DNA of 64,000 bases from the NCBI GenBank assembly GCA_005880615.1, contig VBID01000114.1, positions 471-64,470 of the forward strand. Direction: 5' to 3'. The stretch is from Chloroflexota bacterium. GTDB lineage: Bacteria; Chloroflexota; Dormibacteria; CF-121. The notes below the pieces were generated by a model. It had not been told where the DNA came from. It saw only the letters and a program-made list of their open reading frames with translations, and searched no databases. Position numbers and translations under genes: made by a program. This document shows positions 27,876 to 38,589 of the stretch, piece after piece; positions within the stretch are counted from its first letter, which is position 1, and every line of letters begins with the position of its first letter.

Positions 27876-30800
27876 ATGTACCTGAAGTCCCTTCGCATCC
27901 AGGGTTTCAAGACATTCGCCAAGCTGACGAACCTGCCATTCAGTCACGGCATCACCGGGATCGTGGGGCCCAATGGGAGCGGCAAGTCCAACCTGGTGGA
28001 CGCCGTCCGCTGGGCGCTGGGGGAGCGCAACGCGCGCGAGATTCGCGGCCAGCGCATGGAGGACCTTATCTACTCCGGTGGCCCTGGCAAAGCCCAGGTC
28101 GGGATGGCCGAGGTGACCCTCGTGATCGACAACGCGGAAGGCCGGCTGCCGGTGGAGTTTGGCGAGATCGAAGTCACGCGGCGGCTCTATCGCTCCGGCG
28201 AAAGCCATTACTACATCAACGGCACCGCGGCCCGGCTGAAGGACATCGATGCGCTGCTGGCCAGCACTGGCTTGCGCCAGGACGGCTACGCGGTGGTGGC
28301 CCAGAACGACATCGACTTCGTCATCCAGGCCGTCCCCGCCACCCGCCGGGCGCTGATCGAAGAGGCTGCTGGGGTGCGCCGCCTGCGCGACCAGCGGGAG
28401 GAGGCCAGCCGCCGCCTGGAGGAGGCCCGGCGCGACATGCAGCGCGCCCGGGACCTGCTGGCCGAGCTCCAGCCCCGGGTCGAGGAGCTGCGTGCCCAGG
28501 CGCAGGCCGCCGAAGAGTACCGAGGACTGGAATCCCAGCTCCGAACCCTGCAGGGGAGCCTGGCGCGCGACGCCTGGCGCAAGGCCAAGGTCCAGTTGCG
28601 GAAGGCCGAGGCTCGCCTGGCCGGCGCCCGGACCAAGCGCGAGGCGGCCGCCGCCGCCCTGGCCGACTTCGAACCCGTCTACGCCGCCGACCGGGCGGCC
28701 GTGGCTGCCGCCCGCGATGCCCGGTTCACCCATCAGCAGCGGGTCACCGAGCTCAAGCTGAGCCTGGCCGACAGCCAGCACCAGGAGCGCATCGCCGTGG
28801 AACGCTCAGAGGCGGCGGCGCGGGCACTGGCCGGCGGTCGAGCGGAGCTGCAGCGGCTGACCGCCTCGACCAGGGCCGGGACCCAGGTGGTCGAGGAGCT
28901 CGATCGGGCCATCGCCATGGCCGCCGGCGATGCCGCGGCCGCCACGGCGGCGATGGACGCGGCCCTTCACCGCCAGGAAGAGGCGGGCCGTGCCCGAGTC
29001 GGCCTCGATGCGGAGCGGGTCGCCCTGCTGCAGCGGCGCCAGGAGTCGCAGCGCGATCGCCTCCGAGCCGACTTCGAGCTGCGCCAGCTCGACGGCCGCA
29101 TCCAGTTCCTGGGGGAGCAGCGAGAGCAGGCGGTCACCGAACGGGGCAGCTGGCTGGCTCAGCAATCCATGGTGACCACGCTGGCCGAGCGGGAAGCGGC
29201 CGGCCTGGCCGCGCTCACCCGCGACCTCGATGCCCGGGTCGCGCGGGTCGATGAACTGGATCGCCTGGTATCGGAGGCGGCCGCCGCGGTGGCCGTGGCC
29301 GAGAGGTCGGTCTCCGTGGTCACCCGGGAGATCGCCGGGCTGGAGGCCGAGATCACCGCCCTCCGCCTGCTTCGCGACCGCGCCCAGGACGCCGGCCCAC
29401 TGAGTAACGGCAGCCTCCGCCTGCAGCGGTTGCTGGAGGTGATCGAGGTCGACGAACCATACCGTCGGGCGGTGGAGGCCGTGCTCGAAGGATGCCTGTA
29501 CGGATGGGTGGCGGGCACGGCAGACGTGGCCGAACGTGCCATCGCGCTGGTCACGGGGTCAGCCTCCGGCCGCGAGACTATCCTCGTCAGCTCCGGGACG
29601 GCGCCGGTGGAGACCATCCCCAGCGATTTGACGAGCGCCCGCAGCCTCATTCGCGGCCCGGCTGCCCTGCAGCCGCTGCTCGGTTCGCTGCTCCACAATG
29701 TCGCCCTGGTCAAAGACCTCCAGGAGGCGCGTCGGGTGCAGGGGCGCAACCCCGACCTGCACCTGGTGACGATGACTGGCGAGCTGCTTACGTCCTTCTC
29801 GTACCGCGGTGGAGTCGAGGCCCACGCTCCGCTCGACGTCCAGGCCCGGTTGGCCACCGCCGAGCGAAACCTGGCATCCGCCACGGCCCGGCTGGCCGCG
29901 GCCCGCCTTGTCCTGGATGGCCGGCGGGACACCGAGTCCGCGCTCACGACTGAGCAGGCCGCCACCACCGTCGACCGCGACGCGGCGCGGGCCACCCACG
30001 CGCAGCTCAAGGCCACCGCTTCGGCCGCCGTCGCCGATGCCGAGCGCCATGCCCAGCGCGGCGTCCACCTGGAGCAGCAGGTGCAGCGCTACGACCGGTT
30101 GCTGGCGGAGGCCCAGGCGCAGCAGGGGGCCGCCCGTTCGGCGCTGACGCAGGCCCAACACGCGGAAGGGCAAGGGGACGAGGCCCTGCCCCAGTTTGAG
30201 GCGCGGCTCCAGTCGCAGGCCGAGGCGCTTTCGGCGGTGGTGCGCGAGCGCCAGGAGGCCGAGGTGCGGGTCGCACTGGCCGGGCAGCGCCACGATGACC
30301 TGCAGCGCCAGCACGCCGCTGCCGAGGCGGCCCGTCGCGCCCAGGGCGACGAGCTCGCTCAGCGGGAGGCGGCCATTCGCGAGCAAGAAGCCCAGCCGGT
30401 CGTGCTGCTGGAGGAAGCCGCCCGCCGGCGGACCGCGGCCACCGAGATCCAGGCCGCGCTGTCGGCGTTGGAGCAGGAGCCGGTGCCCGACGCGGCGGCG
30501 CTGGGTGCGCTGGAGACCCAGGTGCGCGGCGACGAACAGCGCAACGTGGCGTTACAGGTGGAGGCCGCCCACGCGGACGATGCCGAAGCGGCGGCCCGCG
30601 TCGAGGTGGAAACCAGCCAGGCGGAGGTCGATCGTTGCGCCGCGGCGCTGCGCGACGAGCCGGACAGCCTCGACGAGAGCGAACCGCTGACCGAGGTGGA
30701 CTGGCAGAAGACCGAGCGGGAGGTCAGCCGGCTGCAGCGGCGGCTGGATGCCATCGGCGCGGTCAACCTGCTGGCCCCGGATGAGTTCACCCAATCACGC

Positions 30801-31394
30801 GGCCGGTGCGAAAGCCTCACCAGTCAGCTGCAGGATCTCGAGGCCGCCGCGGCACAGCTGGTTCAGTTGCGGCAGCACCTGGAGAAGGACATCGACAGCC
30901 GCTTTCGGACGGTCTTCCAGGCGGTGGCCGCCAACTTCCAGGAGTTCTTCCAGGAACTCTTCGAGGGCGGGCGCGCCACCCTTCGCCTGGAGATGCCGGA
31001 GGAGGCGACCAGCCCGCTGGACGAGGGGGTGGAGATCCTGGCCCAGACGCCGGGAAAGCGGCTGCAGACCCTCACCCTGCTCTCGGGTGGGGAGCGGGCG
31101 CTGACCGCCCTGGCGTTCCTCTTTGCCCTGCAAGCCGTCAATCCCAGCCCCTTCCACGTCCTCGATGAGGTGGATGCCGCCCTCGACGACGCCAATGTGG
31201 TCCGATTCAATCGGGTGCTGACCCGCCTGGCGCGGGGCCAGCAATTCCTGATCGTGACCCATAACCACTCCACCATGGCGAAGGCGGAGGTCCTGTACGG
31301 CGTCACCCTGGGCGACCACGGCATCTCCCGCATCGTCTCGGTGCGGTTGGAGAGCGACCGCGGCGTCCCGGCACTGCGTGAGCGATCCGCCTAA
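27876..31394 (+). CDS. smc: Chromosome segregation protein SMC
   Basis: GPNGSGKS, coiled coils, LSGGE, LDEVD. Confidence 0.96.
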   Translation: MYLKSLRIQGFKTFAKLTNLPFSHGITGIVGPNGSGKSNLVDAVRWALGERNAREIRGQRMEDLIYSGGPGKAQVGMAEVTLVIDNAEGRLPVEFGEIEVTRRLYRSGESHYYINGTAARLKDIDALLASTGLRQDGYAVVAQNDIDFVIQAVPATRRALIEEAAGVRRLRDQREEASRRLEEARRDMQRARDLLAELQPRVEELRAQAQAAEEYRGLESQLRTLQGSLARDAWRKAKVQLRKAEARLAGARTKREAAAAALADFEPVYAADRAAVAAARDARFTHQQRVTELKLSLADSQHQERIAVERSEAAARALAGGRAELQRLTASTRAGTQVVEELDRAIAMAAGDAAAATAAMDAALHRQEEAGRARVGLDAERVALLQRRQESQRDRLRADFELRQLDGRIQFLGEQREQAVTERGSWLAQQSMVTTLAEREAAGLAALTRDLDARVARVDELDRLVSEAAAAVAVAERSVSVVTREIAGLEAEITALRLLRDRAQDAGPLSNGSLRLQRLLEVIEVDEPYRRAVEAVLEGCLYGWVAGTADVAERAIALVTGSASGRETILVSSGTAPVETIPSDLTSARSLIRGPAALQPLLGSLLHNVALVKDLQEARRVQGRNPDLHLVTMTGELLTSFSYRGGVEAHAPLDVQARLATAERNLASATARLAAARLVLDGRRDTESALTTEQAATTVDRDAARATHAQLKATASAAVADAERHAQRGVHLEQQVQRYDRLLAEAQAQQGAARSALTQAQHAEGQGDEALPQFEARLQSQAEALSAVVRERQEAEVRVALAGQRHDDLQRQHAAAEAARRAQGDELAQREAAIREQEAQPVVLLEEAARRRTAATEIQAALSALEQEPVPDAAALGALETQVRGDEQRNVALQVEAAHADDAEAAARVEVETSQAEVDRCAAALRDEPDSLDESEPLTEVDWQKTEREVSRLQRRLDAIGAVNLLAPDEFTQSRGRCESLTSQLQDLEAAAAQLVQLRQHLEKDIDSRFRTVFQAVAANFQEFFQELFEGGRATLRLEMPEEATSPLDEGVEILAQTPGKRLQTLTLLSGGERALTALAFLFALQAVNPSPFHVLDEVDAALDDANVVRFNRVLTRLARGQQFLIVTHNHSTMAKAEVLYGVTLGDHGISRIVSVRLESDRGVPALRERSA

Positions 31395-32325
31395 GCGGGC
31401 TGAGGAAGCTTCCTCCGGCGGCTGGTGGCGGCGGTTTGCCGACCGGCTGGCGACCGGCCGAAAGGCGTACGTCGCCGACTTGCAGGAACTCCTCGGTCGG
31501 CCCGCGCTGGACGAGCAATTCTTTGAAGACCTGGAGGGCACGCTGCTGTCGGCCGACGTCGGCGCGGCGACCACCGAGCGCACCCTGCGCCGGCTGCGGG
31601 CGGAGGCGGCGTCGGCCCACCTCCGCAGTCCCACCGATGCCCTCCACTACCTGAAGCAAGCTTTCCTGCAGGAGATGCAGCGGATGGACCGCAGCCTGCG
31701 GCTCGATGGACAGCCGGCGGTGGTACTGGTGGTCGGCGTCAACGGGTCGGGCAAGACCACGACCGTAGCTAAGCTGGCCCACCTGCTGGGGCAGTCCGGT
31801 CGCCGGCCCTTGATCGCCGCGGCGGACACCTACCGGGCGGCGGCCATCGACCAGCTCAAGCTCTGGGGGGAGCGCGCCGAGACGCCGGTGATTGCCCACC
31901 AGCCGGGCTCGGATCCGGGTGCGGTGGCCTACGACGCCATCCAGGCGGCGCGGGCCCGCGGCAGCGACGTGGTGCTGGTCGACACGGCCGGCCGCCTGCA
32001 CACCCGAGTCGACCTGATGGACGAACTCCGGAAAATCCAGCGGGTGATTCAGCGGCACGACCCGGCCGCGCCGCAAGAGGTGCTCGCGGTGCTGGACGCG
32101 CATATCGGGCAGAACTCCGCGCAGCAGGTCAAGCACTTCGGCGACGCGGTCCGGCTCACCGGGCTAGTGGTGACCAAGATGGATGGCAGCGCCCGGGCCG
32201 GTGTGGTGCTGAGTATCGAGGAGGACCTGCAGGTACCCACCAAACTGGTCGGCATCGGCGAGAGTCTGGACGATCTAAACTTCTTCGATCCGGCGAGGTA
32301 CCTCGATGCACTGCTGGGCCTGTGA
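31378..32325 (+). CDS. ftsY: SRP receptor
   Basis: [32 protein letters not shown]. Confidence 0.96.
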   Translation: MSDPPKRAEEASSGGWWRRFADRLATGRKAYVADLQELLGRPALDEQFFEDLEGTLLSADVGAATTERTLRRLRAEAASAHLRSPTDALHYLKQAFLQEMQRMDRSLRLDGQPAVVLVVGVNGSGKTTTVAKLAHLLGQSGRRPLIAAADTYRAAAIDQLKLWGERAETPVIAHQPGSDPGAVAYDAIQAARARGSDVVLVDTAGRLHTRVDLMDELRKIQRVIQRHDPAAPQEVLAVLDAHIGQNSAQQVKHFGDAVRLTGLVVTKMDGSARAGVVLSIEEDLQVPTKLVGIGESLDDLNFFDPARYLDALLGL

Positions 32326-32343
32326 CGCGGAGGTGAGACGGCC

Positions 32344-32601
32344 ATGACCACCAAGGGCACGGAGGCGGCGTTCGTCAAGCTCGTGACGGCCAACGGGCTG
32401 GTAGAGGCCGACACCTGGAAGGCTGTGCTCGAGGCCAATGGGATCCCCGTTTTTCTGCGCCACGAGTCGATCGCCCAGCTGGAGCCGACCAGCGTGGCCT
32501 ACGGTCTGGTCGACCTCTGGGTCCCGCGGGAGGAGGCGGCCCGCGCCCTCGAGGTGCTGCAGGATGAGCGCACGCAGCCGGAGTTCGAGGAGGAACCGTG
32601 A
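32344..32601 (+). CDS. DUF2007-like putative signal-transducing protein
   Basis: EADTWKAVLEANGIP, VDLWVPREEAARA; GGAGG SD. Confidence 0.8.
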   Translation: MTTKGTEAAFVKLVTANGLVEADTWKAVLEANGIPVFLRHESIAQLEPTSVAYGLVDLWVPREEAARALEVLQDERTQPEFEEEP

Positions 32602-32726
32602 CCGGGATCGCCTATCTGCTCCTGGGGGCGGGAGCCCTGATCGTGCTGCTGGTGGGGGTGGCCGCCTGCCTGTGGCTGGTGCAGGTGGTCCTTAACGCGC
32701 ACGAGGCCGGGCAGAAAGGTTCGTAG
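32598..32726 (+). CDS. Unannotated 42-aa single-TM protein
   Basis: GTGA overlap, GAGGAGG SD; MTGIAYLLLGAGALIVLLVGVAACLWLVQVVLNAHEAGQKGS. Confidence 0.65.
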   Translation: MTGIAYLLLGAGALIVLLVGVAACLWLVQVVLNAHEAGQKGS

Positions 32727-32741
32727 CGGCTTAATCCGGGC

Positions 32742-33284
32742 TTACCGGCACTCCCACTGATCGGTCCAGCCACGCTGGTAAAAGACGAGGGCGGCCTGGG
32801 CCTGGCTCACTGGATCCCAGATGTTCCATCCCGCAAAATAACCGTTCCAGGTGGACGGCATGAACTGGAAGAGTCCGGTGGCGCCGCTCGCCTGGTTGAC
32901 TGCGCCAGGGTCGTAGTGGCTCTCGCAGTGGGCAACCCGGAGCGCCCAGGTCAGCCCGTCACTCTGTCCGAACACACGAAAGATGGCAGCCACGCCCGGC
33001 CCGGTTGAGCCGTCGGGGGCGACCCAGGCCAGGGTCCGATCGGTTGCCCCCGGGTGCGGTGGCACCGGATCGTCGCGCCCGGCCGGGACGTCGGCGGCGG
33101 CAGAGTCGCCCGCCGGATCAGAGGTAGTGACGGCTGGTTCGGCCGCCTGGCGAAGTGGTGCGACGGTACCGATCACGGGTGTCGCCGCCAGCGTCGGCGA
33201 GTCGATGGTGGAGAGGGAAGCGGTTCCGGCGCCCAGCAGCAGGAGGCCACCGAGCAGCACCAGGAAACGGGGCGCATGGTGCAC
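32742..33284 (-). CDS. Secreted lytic transglycosylase (SLT/Rpf-like)
   Basis: Signal-like N-terminus; CESHYDPGAVN, GATGLFQFMPSTW; start may be ATC 33299 or CTG 33305. Confidence 0.85.
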   Translation of the reverse strand: MHHAPRFLVLLGGLLLLGAGTASLSTIDSPTLAATPVIGTVAPLRQAAEPAVTTSDPAGDSAAADVPAGRDDPVPPHPGATDRTLAWVAPDGSTGPGVAAIFRVFGQSDGLTWALRVAHCESHYDPGAVNQASGATGLFQFMPSTWNGYFAGWNIWDPVSQAQAALVFYQRGWTDQWECR

Positions 33285-33480
33285 GGAGCGTGAGACGATC
33301 CGCAGTCCCTCCTTCTTTCAGGCACTGTTGGCGGCCCGGGAGGGACTTACGGCAAGCGAAAACTGGGCCACCGGACACCCTACAGGCAGCCAAGCGGGCG
33401 TTCAACCGGGTGGGCTGTCACCTTGCGTACAGACCGACTGACAGAGAACCACCACCAGTGGCCGTGTCTGCCTAAACAGC
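33285..33480 (-). promoter_or_regulatory. Long structured leader with an SD-occluding stem (riboswitch candidate)
   Basis: AGTCCCTCC/GGAGGGACT 9-bp stem (33304-33312/33339-33347) covering the SD; further stems upstream. Confidence 0.4.
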
Positions 33481-33581
33481 CTTCTGGATAATTCGTGGCG
33501 GCACGCGCCGCGGGGTCTTCCAGGGGGGCGAGGGAGACGCGGCGCGTAACGTTCCAAGTTGCGCACCTGGCTCGAGCTTGG

Positions 33582-33607
33582 ATACGGGCGTCTGACTACG
33601 CCCGTAT
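33582..33607. promoter_or_regulatory. Perfect 10-bp inverted repeat overlapping the ylxM -10 element
   Basis: ATACGGGCGT-ctgact-ACGCCCGTAT; TATACT at 33605-33610. Confidence 0.5.
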
Positions 33608-33621
33608 ACTGTCAAGGCTAA

Positions 33622-33951
33622 ATGCTTGACAGAACCCGCGCCCGGGAGCACAACCTCCGCCTGCTTGACCTCTACGGACCGTTGCTGACGGCGCACCAGC
33701 GGCGCATCTTGCACCTGGCCTGGGAGGAAGACTGGTCCTACAGCGAAGTGGCGGAGCGGGAGGGCGTCAGCCGGACCGCCGTCTACGATCTGGTGCGCCG
33801 TGCGCGCACGGCGCTGCAAGGCTATGAGGTCAAGCTGGGGCTGGATCGCGAACGCCGGAACCGGGCCCGCCTGGCGGAGGCGATGCGCGTGCGCCTGAGC
33901 TCGCTGGAACGGGAAGTCTCGAGCCTGTCGCGTCGGCTGGAACATGTTTGA
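33622..33951 (+). CDS. ylxM: YlxM/p13-like HTH protein
   Basis: LLDLYGPLLT, SYSEVAEREGVSRTAVYD, YEVKLGL; lies upstream of ffh. Confidence 0.92.
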   Translation: MLDRTRAREHNLRLLDLYGPLLTAHQRRILHLAWEEDWSYSEVAEREGVSRTAVYDLVRRARTALQGYEVKLGLDRERRNRARLAEAMRVRLSSLEREVSSLSRRLEHV

Positions 33952-35284
33952 GACCCTGACCGAGCGCCTCGATGCGGCGCTCAAGAAGCTCACCGGCCGG
34001 GGCAAGCTCTCGGAAGCCGATGTGGATGCCGGGCTGCGCGAGGTGCGGCTCGCCTTGCTAGAGGCCGACGTCAACTACAAGGTGGCGCGCGACTTCGTGG
34101 CCCGCATCCGGCAGCGGGCCGTGGGCGCCGAGGTGTTGGACAGCCTCACCCCGGGACAGCAGCTGATCAAGGTGGTGCGGGACGAACTGGTCGAGCTGCT
34201 CGGGCGCGAGCGGGCACCGTTCACCTACGCGCCGTCCCCCCCGACCGTGATCATCCTGGCGGGTTTGCAGGGTTCGGGCAAGACGACCACCGCGGGCAAG
34301 CTGGCGCTCTACGTCCGCCGCGAAGGCCACCGGCCCCTGCTGGTCTCCACCGACGTGCGCCGACCGGCCGCCATGGAACAGCTCGAGGTCCTGGCCGGGA
34401 GCCTGTCGCTGCCAGCCTTCGCCCCCCGCGGGCAGGAGCCGGTCGCGATTGCGCGCCAGGCGCTGGACGAAGCGCGGCGCGTGAATGCCGACCTGATCCT
34501 GCTGGATACCGCCGGTCGGCTGCAGATGGACCCGGAGCTGCTGGCGGAGCTGGCGGCGATGGTGGCGGCTGTGCCGGCACAGCACCGGTTGCTGGTCCTG
34601 GACGCCATGACCGGCCAGGAGGCAGTGAACGTGACCACCAGCTTCCAGCAGGCTGTCTCCCTCACCGGCGTGATCCTGACCAAGCTCGATGGTGACGCCC
34701 GGGGAGGAGCCGCGCTCTCCCTGCGCGCGGTCACCCACTGTCCGATCCAGTTCGTGGGGGTAGGGGAGAAGCTGACCGATTTCGAGCCGTTTCATCCCGC
34801 CCGGATGGCATCCCGGATCCTAGGCATGGGTGACGTGCTGACGCTGATCGAGAAGGCGCAAGAACAGGTGGACGTGGGCGCCGCCGAGAAGGTGGAAAAG
34901 CGGCTTCGCGAGGGCCAGTTCACTCTCACCGACTTTATGGAACAGCTGAAGCAGGTCAAGAAGATGGGACCGTTGGAGGGCATCATCGGCATGCTGCCCG
35001 GAGGCGGCCGATTGAAGGAACTGGGCGGCGCCCTGCCCAGCGATGGGCAACTGCGCCAGATGGAGGCCATCATCCTCTCGATGACCCCGCCCGAGCGGGA
35101 GCGGCCGGACATCATCGACGGCAGCCGCCGTCGACGGATCGCCCGCGGCAGCGGGACCGATGTGAGCCAGGTCAACCGCCTCTTGAAAGGGTTCGCGCAG
35201 ATGCAGCAACTGGTGAAGCAGATGGGCAAGGGGAGGGGCAACCTCGGCGGCCTGCCCATTGATCCCAGACAACTGATCGGCTAA
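33944..35284 (+). CDS. ffh: Signal recognition particle protein
   Basis: [25 protein letters not shown] domain. Confidence 0.97.
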   Translation: MFETLTERLDAALKKLTGRGKLSEADVDAGLREVRLALLEADVNYKVARDFVARIRQRAVGAEVLDSLTPGQQLIKVVRDELVELLGRERAPFTYAPSPPTVIILAGLQGSGKTTTAGKLALYVRREGHRPLLVSTDVRRPAAMEQLEVLAGSLSLPAFAPRGQEPVAIARQALDEARRVNADLILLDTAGRLQMDPELLAELAAMVAAVPAQHRLLVLDAMTGQEAVNVTTSFQQAVSLTGVILTKLDGDARGGAALSLRAVTHCPIQFVGVGEKLTDFEPFHPARMASRILGMGDVLTLIEKAQEQVDVGAAEKVEKRLREGQFTLTDFMEQLKQVKKMGPLEGIIGMLPGGGRLKELGGALPSDGQLRQMEAIILSMTPPERERPDIIDGSRRRRIARGSGTDVSQVNRLLKGFAQMQQLVKQMGKGRGNLGGLPIDPRQLIG

Positions 35285-35301
35285 GAAGAAGGAGAAAGAA
35301 A

Positions 35302-35664
35302 TTGTCAGTAAAGATTCGGTTGCGACGCATGGGGGCCCGCAAACGGCCCTTCTACCGACTGGTGGTGACGGACAGCCGGTCTCCTCGGGATGGCAAGTTC
35401 CTGGAGATTCTGGGGACGTTTGACCCGCTGACCGAGCCGGTCACCCTCCGGCTCGACACCGAGAAGACCAAATCCTGGCTGCAGAAGGGCGCGCGGCCAT
35501 CGGACACCGCGCGCAAGTTCCTGATCGATAACGGCCTGCTGCCCAAGGAGTCGGCGCGCAAGCGCCCCAGCAAGCCGCCCAAGTCCGCCGCTCCGGCCGC
35601 TCCCGCCGCGCCGACGGCGCCGGCCGCGCCAGCAGCGCCGGTGGTGGAGGAGGCAAAGGCCTGA
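35302..35664 (+). CDS. rpsP: 30S ribosomal protein S16 with Ala/Pro tail
   Basis: [22 protein letters not shown]; AAGGAG SD. Confidence 0.97.
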   Translation: MSVKIRLRRMGARKRPFYRLVVTDSRSPRDGKFLEILGTFDPLTEPVTLRLDTEKTKSWLQKGARPSDTARKFLIDNGLLPKESARKRPSKPPKSAAPAAPAAPTAPAAPAAPVVEEAKA

Positions 35665-35665
35665 C

Positions 35666-35902
35666 ATGGAAGACTACACCGGGCTCGTGACCTACATCGT
35701 GAAAGCGATCGTCTCCAAACCCGAGGCGGTGAAGGTAGCCATGGTGGAGGGCGAGCGCACCCACCGTGTGGAGCTGACCCTCGCCCCGGAAGATGTGGGC
35801 AAGGTGATTGGGCGCGGCGGTCGCAACATCGACGCCATTCGCTCTGTGGTTCGTGCGGCCGCGCTGAAGAATCACGAGCGGGTGATGGTCGAGATCGTGT
35901 GA
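35666..35902 (+). CDS. khpA: KH-domain RNA-binding protein
   Basis: EDVGKVIGRGGRNIDAIR. Confidence 0.92.
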   Translation: MEDYTGLVTYIVKAIVSKPEAVKVAMVEGERTHRVELTLAPEDVGKVIGRGGRNIDAIRSVVRAAALKNHERVMVEIV

Positions 35903-36417
35903 TGGGCCGCGGCGCCGAGCCCGCGCCCCGCCTGCGCGTGGGGCGGGTTCTTCGAGCCCTGGGGTTGGATGGCTCGGTCCGGGTGGAGTCGCTGAGCGAC
36001 TTCCCAGACCGGTTCCGCAGCGGCGTGTCGTTGCGAATCGGCGACCGGGAGCTGACCGTGGAGGCCGTGCGCCGGCAGGGGGAGGAGCTCGTCATCCGCT
36101 TTGCCGGCATTACCGACCGACCCGGTGCGGAACGGCTGGAGGGCGAGTACCTGACGGTTCCGCTCAACGAAGCCCGGGCGCTGCCGGCCGACCACTTCTA
36201 CCACTTCCAGCTAGTGGGCTTGACCGTGATCGATGCCCGGACCGGCCAGGCGATCGGCGTGGTGGCCGAGGTCCTGCCCAACCCAGCGAATGACATCCTG
36301 CGGGTGGTCAACGGCGCGGTGGAAGTGCTGGTGCCGCTGGTGCGGGCCGTGGTCAAGGCCGTCAACCCGGGCGAGCGGACGATGGTGGTCGACCTGCCCC
36401 CCGCCGAAGAGGGCTAG
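35899..36417 (+). CDS. rimM: 16S rRNA processing protein
   Basis: [24 protein letters not shown]-barrel. Confidence 0.93.
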   Translation: MMGRGAEPAPRLRVGRVLRALGLDGSVRVESLSDFPDRFRSGVSLRIGDRELTVEAVRRQGEELVIRFAGITDRPGAERLEGEYLTVPLNEARALPADHFYHFQLVGLTVIDARTGQAIGVVAEVLPNPANDILRVVNGAVEVLVPLVRAVVKAVNPGERTMVVDLPPAEEG

Positions 36418-37088
36418 TGCGCTTCGAGGTGCTGACCATCTTCCCGGACATGTTTCCGGGGCCGCTGGCGCATGGGGTCACCGGCCGGGCGCTCCAAAAC
36501 GGCCGGATCACGGTGATGGTTCACGACCTGCGGACCTACACCCACGACCGGCATCGGCAGGTCGACGATGTGCCCTATGGCGGCGGGGCGGGCATGGTGC
36601 TGAAGCCCGAGCCCATCTTCGAGGCCGTCCATGGCCGGCACGGGACAGGACCCGTGATCCTGCTCAGCCCGCAGGGCGAGGTCTTCACCCAGGTGGTCGC
36701 CCACGACCTGGCGGCCCACGACGACCTGTACCTGATCTGCGGGCGCTACGAGGGGGTCGACGAGCGGGTGGCCGAGTTCCTGGTCGACCGCGAACTGTCG
36801 ATCGGCGACTTCATCCTGACGGGCGGCGAGCTGGCGGCCATGGTGGTCATCGACGCCGTCAGCCGGCTGCGGACCGGCGTGCTCGGCGCCGAGGCGTCGC
36901 CCGTCGACGAGTCCTTTGTCGACGGCCTGCTGGAGTACCCGCACTACACGCGACCGCCGGTCTTCGAGGGCCACGCCGTTCCGGAAATCCTCCTCTCCGG
37001 CCATCACGCGGAAATTGAAAAGTGGCGCAGGGCCCAGGCGAAGGCGCGGACCCAACAGCGGCGTCCAGACCTGTCAAGAGACCAGTGA
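36417..37088 (+). CDS. trmD: tRNA m1G37 methyltransferase
   Basis: [33 protein letters not shown]. Confidence 0.97.
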   Translation: MRFEVLTIFPDMFPGPLAHGVTGRALQNGRITVMVHDLRTYTHDRHRQVDDVPYGGGAGMVLKPEPIFEAVHGRHGTGPVILLSPQGEVFTQVVAHDLAAHDDLYLICGRYEGVDERVAEFLVDRELSIGDFILTGGELAAMVVIDAVSRLRTGVLGAEASPVDESFVDGLLEYPHYTRPPVFEGHAVPEILLSGHHAEIEKWRRAQAKARTQQRRPDLSRDQ

Positions 37089-37450
37089 AGATGCGGCGTA
37101 TGCTCCGGCCCGCCGGCTGGCTGGTCGCTGGCGCCGTGATGGCCTTCTTATCAGTTCGCGTTGGCTGGCCAGGATTGGTGGCTGTTGTTGCGACGTTTGC
37201 CCTGGTTATCATCGAGGCGCGCGGTCCAGAACGTCCCGGCGCCTATCTGCTTGACTCGGGCTGAGCGGCCTCCTCGCACTCCTCCCGTCCTTTACGGGCA
37301 CGGGGCCCTGCCGACCGATGCCGTTTCGGTGGGGCATCCTTTCGCTGCCGTGCTATTCGGCGCTGCTCCCGGTCGTCGCGACCGGCTTTGGCGTTGCCCT
37401 CGGAGCCACTGCTGGTGGCTATCCCGATTCTCCGGCGTGCCCAACGGTGA
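37085..37450 (+). pseudogene. Probable frameshifted membrane-protein gene
   Basis: 59-aa hydrophobic ORF (GTGA overlap) ending at 37264; hydrophobic text continues in another frame (LSGLLALLPSFTGTGPC) and returns to the first frame (LLVAIPILRRAQR-stop). Confidence 0.35.
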
Positions 37451-37505
37451 GCCATTTGACACGGCGTAGCGGGCCCTACGTTCCGATGCGGTAAACTGGT
37501 TCGCC

Positions 37506-37946
37506 GTGCCGAACGTGATCGACCTGATCGAAGCCGAGACCAAGCGCAAGAAAGTCCCCGAGCTACGCCCCGGGGACACCGTGCGTGTGCATGCCAAGGT
37601 CGTGGAGGGAACTCGGGAACGGGTCCAGATGTTCGAGGGCATCGTCATCGGCATCCACGGGTCGGGTGTCAAGGAAGTCTTCACCGTCCGCCGGATCGCC
37701 CATGGTGTGGGCGTCGAACGGTCCTTCCTGGTGCATTCGCCGCGGATCGATAAGATCGACGTGCTCCGCCACGGTGATGTGCGCCGGGCCAAGCTCTATT
37801 ACCTCAGGGGGAAGATCGGCAAAGGTGCCCGCATCCGGGAAAAGCGTGAAGCCATCGTCGCCGCTGACGGAGCAGTCGTCGAGCCCGAGCTCGAGCGGGA
37901 GCCCGAGCCCGAGCCCGAAGCGGCAACCGAAACCGCCAAAAGCTGA
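37506..37946 (+). CDS. rplS: 50S ribosomal protein L19
   Basis: [34 protein letters not shown]. Confidence 0.97.
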   Translation: MPNVIDLIEAETKRKKVPELRPGDTVRVHAKVVEGTRERVQMFEGIVIGIHGSGVKEVFTVRRIAHGVGVERSFLVHSPRIDKIDVLRHGDVRRAKLYYLRGKIGKGARIREKREAIVAADGAVVEPELEREPEPEPEAATETAKS

Positions 37947-38589
37947 CCGCGACCTCTGGGTCTTCGAGCGGCAGGCGTTCGGTCTGGGCTATGCGACGGT
38001 GGCCGGCGTCGATGAGGCCGGCATGGGTCCCTGGGCGGGGCCGGTGGTGGCGGCCGCCGTCGTCCTGCGGCCCTTCTTCGAGAGCGATGGCATCAACGAC
38101 TCCAAGCTGCTGACGGCTGAGCAGCGGGAGGCCTACTACCCGCAGATCCTGCAGCACGCGGAGTCGTGGGGGGTGGGCCTGATTGAGGTGGATGAGATCG
38201 ACCGGGTGGGCGTGCGGCGCGCCGGCCGGATGGCGATGGCGCTGGCCCTGCAGCGACTGGGGCGGCGGCTGGACTACCTGCTGGTCGACGGATTTCGGCT
38301 GCCCGAAGCGCTGCTGCCGCAGCTGCCCATCATCAAGGGCGATCGCCGCTCCATTTCCATCATGTCCGCCGGGATCATTGCCAAGGTGACCCGCGACCGC
38401 CGCATGGTCGCGGAGGGCGAGCGGTTTCCGGCTTATGGCTTCCAGGCGCACAAAGGCTATCCCACCCCCGAGCACCTGGCGGCGCTCGATCGCCACGGCC
38501 TCTGTCCGCTGCACCGCCGCTCGTTCATCACCATCCGCACCCGTGCCGAGCTGGAGGCCCAGGCGCTTGCCAACGCCACTCGGGACTAG
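37942..38589 (+). CDS. rnhB: Ribonuclease HII (start approximate)
   Basis: [40 protein letters not shown]. Confidence 0.93.
   Translation, partial: ADRDLWVFERQAFGLGYATVAGVDEAGMGPWAGPVVAAAVVLRPFFESDGINDSKLLTAEQREAYYPQILQHAESWGVGLIEVDEIDRVGVRRAGRMAMALALQRLGRRLDYLLVDGFRLPEALLPQLPIIKGDRRSISIMSAGIIAKVTRDRRMVAEGERFPAYGFQAHKGYPTPEHLAALDRHGLCPLHRRSFITIRTRAELEAQALANATRD

Noticed and set aside
35560-35664. Ala/Pro tail of S16 and EPE tail of L19
   Set aside because: Low-complexity extensions are common in GC-rich Gram-positive ribosomal proteins.
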